From Actinomycetes bacterium (GTDB taxonomy: Bacteria; Actinomycetota; Thermoleophilia; RBG-16-64-13), in contig JAJFUK010000086.1 in NCBI GenBank assembly GCA_021372435.1, positions 7,307-71,306 on the forward strand: DNA of 64,000 nt, given 5' to 3'. The notes under the pieces were generated by a model. It was not told the DNA's origin, did no database searches, and was given only the letters and a program-made list of their open reading frames with translations. The translations under genes and the position numbers were made by a program. Positions 9,276 through 18,112 of this stretch are shown here, piece after piece. Within the stretch, counting starts at the first letter, position 1. Every line of letters starts with the position of its first letter.

Positions 9276-9288
9276 ACGCCGGCACAAA

Positions 9289-9784
9289 GGCGATGACGGG
9301 AACGAGTAGGCGCCGCTCTTCGCTCGGAGCGAGCCGGGGACGGTGGGAGCCCGGCGGGAACCGGCGTCCGAATATCATCCCCGAGCCGCCAGCCGAACGG
9401 TCGAGCCGACGCCGGCGAGGGCGCAAGCGTCGAGTCCCACAAGGGAACGTGCGCCGAACCGGCGGACCCCGCCGCAGCAAGGCGGATGGCGCTTCTCAGT
9501 AGACCTGGCCGGGTCCTTCCCGTCATAGAAGGGGAGCGTGGACGGTCGAGGCTGGGCGGCGCCGCGAGAGGGCGGGTCCGGCTGCGACGGCGAAGCGTTC
9601 ACTGAGTGGGCCGCACCGGTCGGTACCGCTGTAGGGCGGTGTCGAGCGGGGCAAGGGCAGGCGCGTCGAGCGCCGGCTCCCGGCCAAGTAGGGTGGTACC
9701 GCGGGTCACGTCCCGTCCCTACGCGCAGATGCTCCGGCGTAGTGAGCCGGCAGGCGCAGCGCGGGGCGGGGCGTATTTGTTTGT
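9289..9784 (+). promoter_or_regulatory. T-box riboswitch leader (Ile specifier AUC) controlling ileS
   Basis: Stem I 5' side: GGCGAUGA K-turn (9289-9296), CGGG, GAGUA S-turn half (9304-9308), GGCGCC upper helix. Distal elements: AGCGA AG-bulge (9328-9332) and GGUGGGA distal loop (9342-9348). Stem I 3' side: GGCGUCC, GAA (9370-9372), U, AUC (9374-9376), A, UCCCCG. T-box core AAGUAGGGUGGUACCGCGGG lies at 9686-9705. The antiterminator is GUAGGG / 7-nt bulge UGGUACC / GCGGG...CCCGU / CCCUAC (9688-9722). Confidence 0.85.
9708..9784 (+). terminator. T-box terminator helix plus U-rich tract
   Basis: ACGUCCCGUCCC (9708-9719, the 3' half of the antiterminator) pairs with GGGGCGGGGCGU (9763-9774). GCGC (9723-9726) pairs with GCGC (9754-9757). 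AUUUGUUUGU follows at 9775-9784. This helix is mutually exclusive with the antiterminator. Confidence 0.7.
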
Positions 9785-9888
9785 GGGGTGGAGGTCGCCC
9801 CAGCCGCTGCCGGGCGGCCCGGGGCAGCGGAGGCCGGGCCGGTGTGAGCGACCGCGACACCCGTGAGCAGGGTTCACGAGGAGGGCTT

Positions 9889-12800
9889 ATGGCAGGCCGG
9901 TATCGAGCGGTGGACACAGGACAGAGCTTCCCCGCCCTGGAGGAACGGATCCTCGGGTGGTGGAAAGAACGCTCCATTTTTGAGAAGAGCCTTGAGTCGC
10001 GGGCCGGCGACTCGGAGTGGGTGTTCTACGAAGGCCCCCCCACGGCCAACGGCAGGCCCGGTGTCCACCACGTGCTGGCGCGGGTCTTCAAAGATATCTA
10101 CCCCCGTTACAAGACGATGCGCGGCTATTACGTCGCCCGCAAGGCCGGGTGGGACTGCCACGGTCTACCGGTGGAGCTGGAGATCGAGAGGCTACTGGGC
10201 TTCGACCACAAGGAGCAGATCGAGGCCTACGGGGTGGCTGAGTTCAACCGGCTCTGCCGGGAATCGGTGACGGCATACGTCGACGACTGGAACCGGCTGA
10301 CCGAGCGCATCGGTATGTGGCTCGATCTGGACGACCCCTACATGACCATGGCCGACGACTATATCGAGTCGGTGTGGTGGATCCTGTCGGAGTTCGCAAA
10401 GCAGGACCTGCTCTACGAGGGTTATAAGGTGGTGCCGTACTGCCCGCGGTGTGGGACCGCTCTGTCGTCGCATGAGGTGGCGTCCGGATATCAGATGGTG
10501 ACGGACCCCTCGATCTACGTACGCTTCCCACTGTGCGGTCGCAAGACTCCAGACGAGCCCCCAGCACAGGAGGTGGCGCAGGACGGTCGACCCGTGAGCC
10601 TTCTCGTTTGGACCACCACGCCGTGGACGCTCATCTCCAACGTGGCGGTGGCCGTGGGCCCCGATATCCAGTACGCGCGGGCCCGGCTGGGCGAGGAACA
10701 TCTGATCCTGGCGGCGGACCTGGTCACTGCGGTGCTCGGCTCCGAGGCCGTCATCGAGGAGACCTTTCCGGGCTCAGAGTTGGTCGGGCGCCACTATCGC
10801 GCGCCGTATGACTTCGTCAAGCCGGACAAACCGGCGTGGCGGGTCATCGCAGGCGATTTCGTGGCCACCGACGAGGGGACCGGCATCGTCCACATCGCTC
10901 CGGCCTTCGGAGCCGATGACATGGCCGTCGGCCAGGCCAACGACCTGCCGGTGATCATGCCCGTCGATGAGGAAGCCCGGTTCACCGCCGAGATCACGCC
11001 CTGGGCGGGGAAGTTCGTCAAGGAGGCCGACGCCGGTATCATGGACGACCTGGAATCGCGGGGCCTGCTCTACGCCCGGGAGCCCTACGAGCACAACTAT
11101 CCCTTCTGCTGGCGTTGCGACACACCTCTGATCTACTACGCCAAAACCTCTTGGTACGTGCGTACCACCGCGCGTAAGGACCAGGTGCTGGCCGCGAACG
11201 AAGAGGTCACTTGGTATCCGGACCATCTCAAGCACGGCCGGTTCGGCAAGTGGTTGGAGAACAACATCGACTGGTCGCTCTCCCGCGACCGGTATTGGGG
11301 TACGCCGCTGCCGGTCTGGCGATGCGCGAACGGCCACGACACCATCGTAGGCTCGCGGGCAGAACTCAGTGGCTTGGCGGGGCGTGATCTCTCGACCCTC
11401 GAGTTACACCGCCCCTACGTGGACGAAGTGGTCTTCGCCTGTCCGCGCTGCGGCGCGGAGGCGCGCCGGATCGAAGCGGTCATCGACGCCTGGTTCGACT
11501 CCGGCTCCATGCCCATGGCCCAATGGCACTATCCCTTCGAGAACCAGGAGACGTGGGAGAAACGCTTCCCGGCCGATTTCATCTGCGAGGCCATCGACCA
11601 GACCAGGGGTTGGTTTTATAGTCTGCTGGCCATCAGCGCCCTTCTCACCGGTCACAGCTGCTACCGGAACGTCCTGTGCCTGGGTCATATCCTCGACAGT
11701 GAAGGCCGCAAGATGTCGAAGCGGCTGGGGAACGTGGTCGATCCGTGGAGCATCCTCGACAGGCAAGGGGCCGACGCGCTGCGCTGGTATCTCTTGACCG
11801 TCAGTTCTCCCTGGTTCCCCCGCCGCTTCGGACCGGAGAACGTCGACGAGGTGGTCCGCAAGTTCATCCTCACGCTGTGGAACACATATTCCTTCTACAC
11901 GCTCTACGCGAACATAGACGGATTCGATCCCGCCGAGCACGACGTCGCCGCGGTCGACCGCTCCCTCATGGACCGGTGGATCCTGGGCGACCTGCACATC
12001 CTCATCAAGAAAGTGACCGCCGAGCTCGATGAGTACGATGCGTTCGCCGCCGGCCGGGCTATCGCCGACTTCGTCGATGAGCTTTCCAACTGGTATGTGC
12101 GGCGGAGTCGCCGGCGTTTCTGGAAAAGCGAGGCCGACGCCGACAAGATCGCCGCCTATCTCACTTTGAACCGATGCCTGGTGACCATCAGTGAACTACT
12201 TGCGCCTTTTGCGCCGTTCCTGGCGGAGGAGATCTATCAGAACCTGGTGGCCGAGCGGTCCTCGGAAGCGCAGGAGTCGGTCCATCTGGTGGATTGGCCG
12301 GTCGCGGACGAGGCCTTGATAGACGAAGATCTTTCCTTCCGGATGGCGGTGGCGCGGCAGGTGGTGAACCTAGGGCGGGCCGCGCGAAACTCGGCGCAGA
12401 TCAAGACGCGCCAGCCGGTCGAGGTGGCGGTGGTCGCATGCCGGGGACGGGAACGGGCTGCGTTGGAGAGTCTGGCCTCCGTTGTAGCAGAGGAACTGAA
12501 CGTGAAGGCCCTCGAGTACGTGGATTCGGCCGGCAGGCTGGTGACCTACGTGATCAAGCCGAACTATCGTACTCTGGGGCCGCGGTTCGGGAAGAACATG
12601 CCGGCGGTGGCTGCGGCCCTGGCGGCGCTCTCTGCGGAGGAGACCGCCGACCGCGTCGCGGGCGGCCACCCGGTCGTGGTGACGGTCGACGGCCGCGAGT
12701 ATGAGTTCACCCCCGAGGACTTTGTGATCGAATCGCACGAACGCGATGGATTCCGCGTGGAACGCGACGGCGCTCTGGCCGTGGGGATCTCCACCCGCCT

Positions 12801-13128
12801 GTCGCCGGAGTTGCTACAGGAGGGGCTGGCTCGGGAGTTGGTCCATCACATACAGAACACGCGGAAAGCGGCCGGCTTTCAGATCGACGACCGCATCCGT
12901 CTCTGGGTGACCGGCCCAGACGAGATCGCAGACATGCTCGCCGTCCACGGCGAGTGGGTGCAACGGGAGACCCTGGCCGTGAGCCTCGAGGTGACGCGGG
13001 CGGCCGACGATGACACGAGGGCCGTGGTGGCGACGCGTCCGGCTCAGCGCGACGCTGTGCCCGGTGCATACCGTGAGGAGTTGAGGGTGAACGGCCTCCC
13101 GGTGACGATCGCAGTGGCGAAGGCTTAG
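9889..13128 (+). CDS. ileS: isoleucine--tRNA ligase
   Basis: Start ATG 9889 follows GAGGAGG. N-terminus reads FPALEERILGWWKE...YEGPPTANGRPGVHHVLARV (HIGH-type motif). KMSKRLGN (KMSKS) and Zn-type cysteines CPRCGT / CWRCDT / CPRCG are present. The ORF-track extension 9538..9888 is the T-box leader, not protein. Confidence 0.95.
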   Translation: MAGRYRAVDTGQSFPALEERILGWWKERSIFEKSLESRAGDSEWVFYEGPPTANGRPGVHHVLARVFKDIYPRYKTMRGYYVARKAGWDCHGLPVELEIERLLGFDHKEQIEAYGVAEFNRLCRESVTAYVDDWNRLTERIGMWLDLDDPYMTMADDYIESVWWILSEFAKQDLLYEGYKVVPYCPRCGTALSSHEVASGYQMVTDPSIYVRFPLCGRKTPDEPPAQEVAQDGRPVSLLVWTTTPWTLISNVAVAVGPDIQYARARLGEEHLILAADLVTAVLGSEAVIEETFPGSELVGRHYRAPYDFVKPDKPAWRVIAGDFVATDEGTGIVHIAPAFGADDMAVGQANDLPVIMPVDEEARFTAEITPWAGKFVKEADAGIMDDLESRGLLYAREPYEHNYPFCWRCDTPLIYYAKTSWYVRTTARKDQVLAANEEVTWYPDHLKHGRFGKWLENNIDWSLSRDRYWGTPLPVWRCANGHDTIVGSRAELSGLAGRDLSTLELHRPYVDEVVFACPRCGAEARRIEAVIDAWFDSGSMPMAQWHYPFENQETWEKRFPADFICEAIDQTRGWFYSLLAISALLTGHSCYRNVLCLGHILDSEGRKMSKRLGNVVDPWSILDRQGADALRWYLLTVSSPWFPRRFGPENVDEVVRKFILTLWNTYSFYTLYANIDGFDPAEHDVAAVDRSLMDRWILGDLHILIKKVTAELDEYDAFAAGRAIADFVDELSNWYVRRSRRRFWKSEADADKIAAYLTLNRCLVTISELLAPFAPFLAEEIYQNLVAERSSEAQESVHLVDWPVADEALIDEDLSFRMAVARQVVNLGRAARNSAQIKTRQPVEVAVVACRGRERAALESLASVVAEELNVKALEYVDSAGRLVTYVIKPNYRTLGPRFGKNMPAVAAALAALSAEETADRVAGGHPVVVTVDGREYEFTPEDFVIESHERDGFRVERDGALAVGISTRLSPELLQEGLARELVHHIQNTRKAAGFQIDDRIRLWVTGPDEIADMLAVHGEWVQRETLAVSLEVTRAADDDTRAVVATRPAQRDAVPGAYREELRVNGLPVTIAVAKA

Positions 13129-13131
13129 AAC

Positions 13132-13291
13132 TCGCTTCAAAATGAAGCCGCGGCCGCCCAGTGCCCGGCGGGCGGCGCGATAGCGCGTCCTCGGTCGCGC
13201 CAATAGCGCCGCTACTCACGCTCCCTGCGTCCTCCTCTCGCGCTCGCCCGGCTTGTCCCTTGCGGCGGAGCTTCATTTTGAAACGGGTTTT
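13132..13291. repeat. palindromic intergenic repeat, copy B (full length)
   Basis: TTCAAAATGAAGC (13136-13148) and GCTTCATTTTGAA (13270-13282) are perfect 13-nt terminal inverted repeats. The interior is imperfectly self-complementary. The unit is flanked by the direct 8-mer CTTAGAAC (13124-13131 and 13292-13299). Lies between the convergent ileS and TPR gene ends. Confidence 0.75.
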
Positions 13292-13449
13292 CTTAGAACG
13301 AGTCCGAAGAACCCGCCGGCTTCATCCCCTGCCGGGCCTGGGCCACAGCCGGCGAAGCCCCTGACCAACTCTTGACTCGAGCGGCCCACACTCGACCTCG
13401 ATCTCGTCAGGCGGCGGGCCTTTGCATGGCGTTCCTGAGCGGCTGCGAC

Positions 13450-14094
13450 TCAGGTCGTCGTGGTCGTGGTGCCGGTCAGCTCCTTCTTGTAGGTCTCGAG
13501 CCAACTCTTGTCGTCGCCGGTGGTCGCGGCGATGCCCTGATCCAGAAGACTCAGGGCTGCGTCGGCCTTGCCTTCGCTCCTCAGTATCACGGCCAGGTTG
13601 ACATAGGGGTAGGCGTACGTGGGGTCGAGCGCGATCGCTTTCTCGTACTGAGTCTTCGCCTCATCCCATTTCTTCCAATCGCGCAGGACGTTGCCGTAGT
13701 TGTTCCTCGTCGGGGCGTCGTCCTTCAGTTGGAGCATCTTCTCGTAGGTCCTGGCTGCCGCCTCGTATCGCTCGGTGTTGTACTGAGCGATGGCCAGTTC
13801 CTGGAGGGCCGCCAGGTCCTCGGGGGCCGCTGCGGCCGCTGCTTCCAATGCGGGCAAGGCGGCTTCGTATTCCGCTACCGTCCGGCCTCCGACGATGACG
13901 CGCTCCGTGTTGATGGTGACATCGTCGCTCGCGACGGTGCTCGTCGGACCGGGTGTGGAGGCCGCCGTACCGCCCGTTGTCGTGGTTACATCGTTCCCGG
14001 CCGGGTCTTCACAACCGATCGCGACCCAACTCAGGGCGATGAGTGCGATCAGACTCAGTATCAGTGGGGGGCGTTTCCTCATCGGCCTTATCAT
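13450..14094 (-). CDS. TPR-repeat lipoprotein
   Basis: MIRPMRKRPPLILSLIALIALSWVAIGC gives a signal peptide plus lipobox. TPR-like repeats follow (AIAQYNTERYEAAARTYEKML, YGNVLRDWKKWDEAKTQYEKAIALDP, YVNLAVILRSEGKADAALSLLDQG), then a poly-Thr tail. The start (14094 vs 14082/14130) is uncertain. Confidence 0.75.
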   Translation of the reverse strand: MIRPMRKRPPLILSLIALIALSWVAIGCEDPAGNDVTTTTGGTAASTPGPTSTVASDDVTINTERVIVGGRTVAEYEAALPALEAAAAAAPEDLAALQELAIAQYNTERYEAAARTYEKMLQLKDDAPTRNNYGNVLRDWKKWDEAKTQYEKAIALDPTYAYPYVNLAVILRSEGKADAALSLLDQGIAATTGDDKSWLETYKKELTGTTTTTT

Positions 14095-14176
14095 AGGTCT
14101 CCCTTCTCCGGTCTTGTCGGTGTGATGCATCGGCAGTCACCGAATCGGCGATGTGCCGGACGAGCGATCACCGCAC

Positions 14177-15112
14177 TCACGGCACGAGCACTTCGAGGGC
14201 ATGCCGGTCTACGTGCACGGCGGCGGGCAATCTACCGGCCAGCTCACCGTCGGTCTGGAACCAGACGACGCCCTCGTCCTCGAGGGGGAGCAACTCGGCT
14301 GCTTCGGAACGTAGGTAGGTGACATCAGGGTTGCGCAGGTGCAGTCCGCCGGGAATCCCCAACCAAAGGACGGCGAGGCTGGGCCGGCTGGTTCCGGAGA
14401 ACAGCATGAGGTCGAGCAGGCCGTCGCTGGGATCGGCTTTGGGGGTGATGCCAAGGCGGCCGGCATAGTAGCGGCTGTTGCCGGCTACGAAGAAGGTGCT
14501 GCGGTACTCGCGTCCCCCGGCGCGCACAAGGAAAACGGGCGGCCGGTGCGCGAAGCCGTGTCGCAGTCCGGTGGCCACAAAGGCCAGTTCCCGATAGCGT
14601 CTTTTGGCGCGCGCGTCGACGTTCCGGACGGTAAGAGCATCGATGCCCGCGCCCATCATGAGGACGAACCCGCGTCCATTGACGCGGCCCACATCCAAGG
14701 CGGTAGTCCTGCCCGCGGCGATGACCTCGCAGGCCCTGTCTACCGCGAAGGGGAGCCCCAACTCGAGCGCAAGGACATTGACCGTACCGGCCGGCACGAT
14801 CGCCAGTCTGGCCCTAGGCCTGCCGGGTCGAACCGGCTCCTGCCCCGGCACCGTGTCGTCCTCCACACTCCTGGCGCCCGGGACGGCCATCCCGTTGACG
14901 ACCTCGTTGACGGTGCCGTCTCCGCCTATGGCGACGACGACGTCTACCTCAGCTACGAGACGCCGTGCTATCGACACCGCGTCCTTCGGGTGTCGGGTGG
15001 CGCAGAGTTCCACCTGGATTCCCCGTCTGACCAGGTTCTTCTCCGCCGCCGCGGCGACGGCGCCCGCTCGGGCTTTCCCGGCGGCCGGGTTGTAGATCAG
15101 CGCGGCTCTCAT
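14177..15112 (-). CDS. diacylglycerol-kinase-family lipid kinase (YegS/DagK-like)
   Basis: MRAALIYNPAAGK... and the VVAIGGDGTVNEVVNG motif. Start ATG 15112 overlaps the upstream stop as ATGA. The longer ORF-track N-terminus is Arg-rich non-coding-like sequence. Confidence 0.88.
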   Translation of the reverse strand: MRAALIYNPAAGKARAGAVAAAAEKNLVRRGIQVELCATRHPKDAVSIARRLVAEVDVVVAIGGDGTVNEVVNGMAVPGARSVEDDTVPGQEPVRPGRPRARLAIVPAGTVNVLALELGLPFAVDRACEVIAAGRTTALDVGRVNGRGFVLMMGAGIDALTVRNVDARAKRRYRELAFVATGLRHGFAHRPPVFLVRAGGREYRSTFFVAGNSRYYAGRLGITPKADPSDGLLDLMLFSGTSRPSLAVLWLGIPGGLHLRNPDVTYLRSEAAELLPLEDEGVVWFQTDGELAGRLPAAVHVDRHALEVLVP

Positions 15113-15978
15113 GAACTGGACGCTCCGGTGGACCCGGCCGCCGGCCGGCCCGGCGACGCGTCCGCGGCATCGAACTGTCTGATCCGTACGTGCGCCCGTC
15201 TTCCGTACAGGCCGGTCTCGAGGCAGGCGAAGCCCCGATATCCGGCGGCACGAGCCAGTTCGACGGCGTGGGCGAAGTCCCGACCTACCTCCTCGGGCCG
15301 GTGGGCGTCGGAACCGAAGGTGATCGCCACTCCCGCGGCCCACAAGCGCCGGAGAATGTCCAGCGTGGGATAGGCTTCGCCTACCGGCTTATGGAGTCCG
15401 GCGGTGTTTATCTCGACCAAGATCCCTGCGCGGGCGATCCGTTCCACCAGACGGTCGAGCTCGATCGCGAGCGTTCGGGTGGGTCTGTATCCGAACTTCT
15501 TGACAAGGTCGAGGTGGCCGAGGATCGTGAACAGGCCGGACTCAGCGGCATCCCCCACCAGTTCGAGGTACTCGGTCCAAACGTCGTCGATGTCGCGGTC
15601 GGCATACTCGTCGATCTGGCGGGGATCGTCGAACCCCCAGGCCCCGAGGTGATGCACAGAGCCGATCGTGTAGTCGAAGGGATGGTCCTTGAGGATAGAA
15701 GCGACGTCGGAGACCGTGTGAGGCCGGTAGTCGGCCTCTATCCCCAGGAAGACGTACCCGGGGTAGGCGGTCTTCAAGGCCTGCACCTCGGCCACGTAAT
15801 GACCGAGATCGGACAGACCCATGGACAGCTCCGGATCGGGCTCGGGCAGCAGGGGGAGATGGTCGGCGATGCCGATGCCGAGCAGACCGCGGGACCGCGC
15901 CGCCATCACGTACGCCGAGGGGTCTCCGCAGGCATGGCCGCAACGGGCTGTATGCGTGTGGTAGTCGGGCAGGCGCAT
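15109..15978 (-). CDS. PHP-domain histidinol-phosphatase family protein (HisJ-like)
   Basis: MRLPDYHTHTARCGHA, GIADH, GIEADY, GSVHH, HLD, GSDAH are PHP metal-ligand motifs in HisJ-family order. The start at 15978 lies 1 nt after the dtd stop. Confidence 0.85.
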   Translation of the reverse strand: MRLPDYHTHTARCGHACGDPSAYVMAARSRGLLGIGIADHLPLLPEPDPELSMGLSDLGHYVAEVQALKTAYPGYVFLGIEADYRPHTVSDVASILKDHPFDYTIGSVHHLGAWGFDDPRQIDEYADRDIDDVWTEYLELVGDAAESGLFTILGHLDLVKKFGYRPTRTLAIELDRLVERIARAGILVEINTAGLHKPVGEAYPTLDILRRLWAAGVAITFGSDAHRPEEVGRDFAHAVELARAAGYRGFACLETGLYGRRAHVRIRQFDAADASPGRPAAGSTGASSS

Positions 15979-15979
15979 G

Positions 15980-16558
15980 CTAGTCTTCCGTCGCAACGGT
16001 GGCGGTCTCGGACGCGACGGCCGTCTGTGAGTCCGGCGCCGTAGCGCTGCGACGGCGCCGGGGACCTGTCAGCATCACGCTGTCGAGCAAGATGGTATAG
16101 GGACCGTCGTTGACCGATGAGACGACCATATGGGCTCCGAAGCGGCCCGTGGCCGTCGGTATCCCGAGTCGCTCCAAGGCCAGTCGGAAGTCCTCGACCA
16201 GCGCCTCCGCGGGTCCTGGATCCGCCGCCTCGGTGAAGGACGGACGGCGGCCCCGCCGACAATCGGCGTAGAGGGTGAACTGGCTGATGACGAGGGCCGA
16301 GCCTCGGATGTCGAGGAGCGAGAGGTTCGACCTGCCTTCGGGATCGGGAAAGATGCGAAGGTTGGCGACCTTGTCGGCGAGAGCGGCCGTCCGCGCGGTC
16401 TCGCTGAGGCCCGAGCGCCTCGCTCCGGGGCCGGCCGAGCCCGCCACGTCTTCACGACCTACGCCCACGAACAGCAGGAGTCCGGTGCCGATCTGACCGA
16501 CGACCACGCCCTCGACCTGCACCGAGGCGCTCGCCACCCGTTGCGCGACGATCCGCAT
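15980..16558 (-). CDS. dtd: D-aminoacyl-tRNA deacylase
   Basis: [17 protein letters not shown]...GLLLFVGV...VSQFTLYAD...GRRPSF...NDGPYTILL. Carries a ~35-aa C-terminal extension. The start shares 1 nt with the mtaB stop (TGATG). Confidence 0.9.
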   Translation of the reverse strand: MRIVAQRVASASVQVEGVVVGQIGTGLLLFVGVGREDVAGSAGPGARRSGLSETARTAALADKVANLRIFPDPEGRSNLSLLDIRGSALVISQFTLYADCRRGRRPSFTEAADPGPAEALVEDFRLALERLGIPTATGRFGAHMVVSSVNDGPYTILLDSVMLTGPRRRRSATAPDSQTAVASETATVATED

Positions 16559-18009
16559 CAGGCCGGCTCTTCCACCCACAGCAGACCCGCCTCCCAACGA
16601 TCGTCAGGGAGCGCGCGGTCCAGTCTTACCCGGGCAAAGCGGTTCATCAGGGTGTCGTCTCCGCTCAGAAGGACTTCCTGGTAGCTGCCTGTGAGGCCGA
16701 CCAGCCGCCCGTCCGGATGCCGCTCCCGGAGGACCAGGGCCCGTTGCTCCATCCCGGTCAATCTGCGGCGGAACGTCTCCTTCTTACGCATGCCTAACGC
16801 GCGAAGGCGCACACTGCGGTCGTGGATGGTGTCCGGATGGACCTTGGGTTGCATCGCCGACGCCGGGGTCCCGGGCCGGTCGCTGTAGCTGAAGACGTGC
16901 AGATAGGTGAACGGCGCATGCTCGATGAAGGCAAGCGTGTCCTCGAACTCACGATCGGTCTCGCCCGGAAAACCGGCGATGACATCGGCGCCCAGAGCGG
17001 CATTGGGAAACCTATCGGCAAGTCGGGTGACCACCTCCAGATACTGTGCGGCCGTGTAGGGGCGGCCCATTCGACTGAGCACGGAGTCGGACCCGCTCTG
17101 GAGGGGCAGGTGGAAGTGGTGAGCGACCCGGTCGCCGGCTTCTTGGATCACGTCTTGGAGCGCCTCATCGGTCTCCAGGGGCTCGATCGAGCTGAGACGG
17201 TAGCGGCCCGCTCCTCCCCGGTCGAGAAGGACCGCGAGCAGATCGGCAAGCGAGCCCTCTCCCGTATCACGGCCCCAACTTCCCAGGTCGATGCCGGTCA
17301 GCACCACCTCATGGTGATCCCGGGAGACCAATAGGCGCACCTGTTCCAGCACCTGTGCCCTGGGCATGCTGCGCGCGGGGCCCCTGGCCAGAGGGATGAC
17401 GCAGTAGGCGCAGCGTGAATCGCAGCCCGTCTGGATCTTGAGGAAGGCGCGGGTGTACCCATAGAAGTGAGAGAAGAACGTGCCTTCGAAAGAAGGGTGA
17501 TCGACGTAGGGCGAGACCGTGACCAGTGGAGGGGGCGTGGTGCCCTCCGGGATCGTGGCGCCACCCTCCGGGATCGTGGCGCCACCCCCCCGGATCGTGG
17601 CGCCATCCTGCGCGTCCTCGGGGACCGCGGGGTGATCCTTGAGCCGTCCGGCCAGATGCTCGGCCAGCCGCGGCTTCTCCGTGTTGCCGAGGACAAGGTC
17701 GACCCCAGGGATGGCGGCCACCGCGTCGGGGCGCACTTGCGCGTAGCATCCGGTCACGGCGACGACGCAACCCGGGTCGAGGCGCTTGGCCGAGCGGATC
17801 TCGTTGCGGCAGGTCTTATCGCTCCTGGATGTGACCGTACAGGTGTTGATGACCCGGATGTCCGCGGACTCTTCCCAATCCACAAGCCGGTATCCCTCAG
17901 CCAGCAGAGCCTCCTGCATCTGGGCAGTCTCACACTGGTTCAGCCGGCAACCGATGGTGCGAAAGGCTACGGTGTTCCGCACCTGCGCCTGCGTATCGAG
18001 GAGGGGCAT
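16558..18009 (-). CDS. mtaB: radical-SAM methylthiotransferase (MtaB/MiaB family)
   Basis: N-terminal MTTase domain ([26 protein letters not shown]). Radical-SAM CDSRCAYC motif. TRAM-like C-terminus. Contains a repeat-encoded insertion between the domains. Confidence 0.88.
   Translation of the reverse strand: MPLLDTQAQVRNTVAFRTIGCRLNQCETAQMQEALLAEGYRLVDWEESADIRVINTCTVTSRSDKTCRNEIRSAKRLDPGCVVAVTGCYAQVRPDAVAAIPGVDLVLGNTEKPRLAEHLAGRLKDHPAVPEDAQDGATIRGGGATIPEGGATIPEGTTPPPLVTVSPYVDHPSFEGTFFSHFYGYTRAFLKIQTGCDSRCAYCVIPLARGPARSMPRAQVLEQVRLLVSRDHHEVVLTGIDLGSWGRDTGEGSLADLLAVLLDRGGAGRYRLSSIEPLETDEALQDVIQEAGDRVAHHFHLPLQSGSDSVLSRMGRPYTAAQYLEVVTRLADRFPNAALGADVIAGFPGETDREFEDTLAFIEHAPFTYLHVFSYSDRPGTPASAMQPKVHPDTIHDRSVRLRALGMRKKETFRRRLTGMEQRALVLRERHPDGRLVGLTGSYQEVLLSGDDTLMNRFARVRLDRALPDDRWEAGLLWVEEPA
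17537..17607. repeat. 21-bp tandem repeat (about 3.4 copies) inside mtaB
   Basis: Units are GTGGTGCCCTCCGGGATC, GTGGCGCCACCCTCCGGGATC, GTGGCGCCACCCCCCCGGATC and GTGGCGCCATC. The repeat is in frame (7 aa per unit) and encodes ...[22 protein letters not shown]... in the interdomain linker. Confidence 0.85.
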
Positions 18010-18066
18010 GTTGGCCGAAGATCGCTTCTCTTAAGTCGGTTCTGCAAGCTATAGAAGACCGAGGGA

Positions 18067-18075
18067 TGTTAGCAT
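18067..18075 (+). promoter_or_regulatory. candidate extended -10 (TGT TAGCAT) upstream of gtrA-like operon
   Basis: TGTTAGCAT lies 38 nt upstream of the ORF start at 18113. It resembles TGTTAGAAT, found upstream of manC and of the DMT transporter. Confidence 0.3.
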
Positions 18076-18112
18076 ATACGCCGCTCGCCTCCAGCGGGCT
18101 CTATCGCAGGGA

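Noticed and set aside
9528-9538. Reading GAA-GGG-G-AGCG as a glycine (GGG) T-box specifier
   Set aside because: The downstream gene is ileS. A complete canonical Stem I with AUC-A lies at 9289-9385, right after the promoter. The second module is degenerate (4-bp upper helix, extra 12 nt on the 3' side).
9538-9888. 117-aa N-terminal extension of the ileS ORF (ORF track start 9538)
   Set aside because: The region contains the T-box core, antiterminator, terminator and U-tract. The conserved IleS N-terminus begins at ATG 9889, which follows a GAGGAGG RBS.
17537-17607. Short direct repeats as a possible CRISPR array
   Set aside because: The 21-bp units are contiguous with no spacers. They lie in frame inside mtaB, and no cas genes are present.
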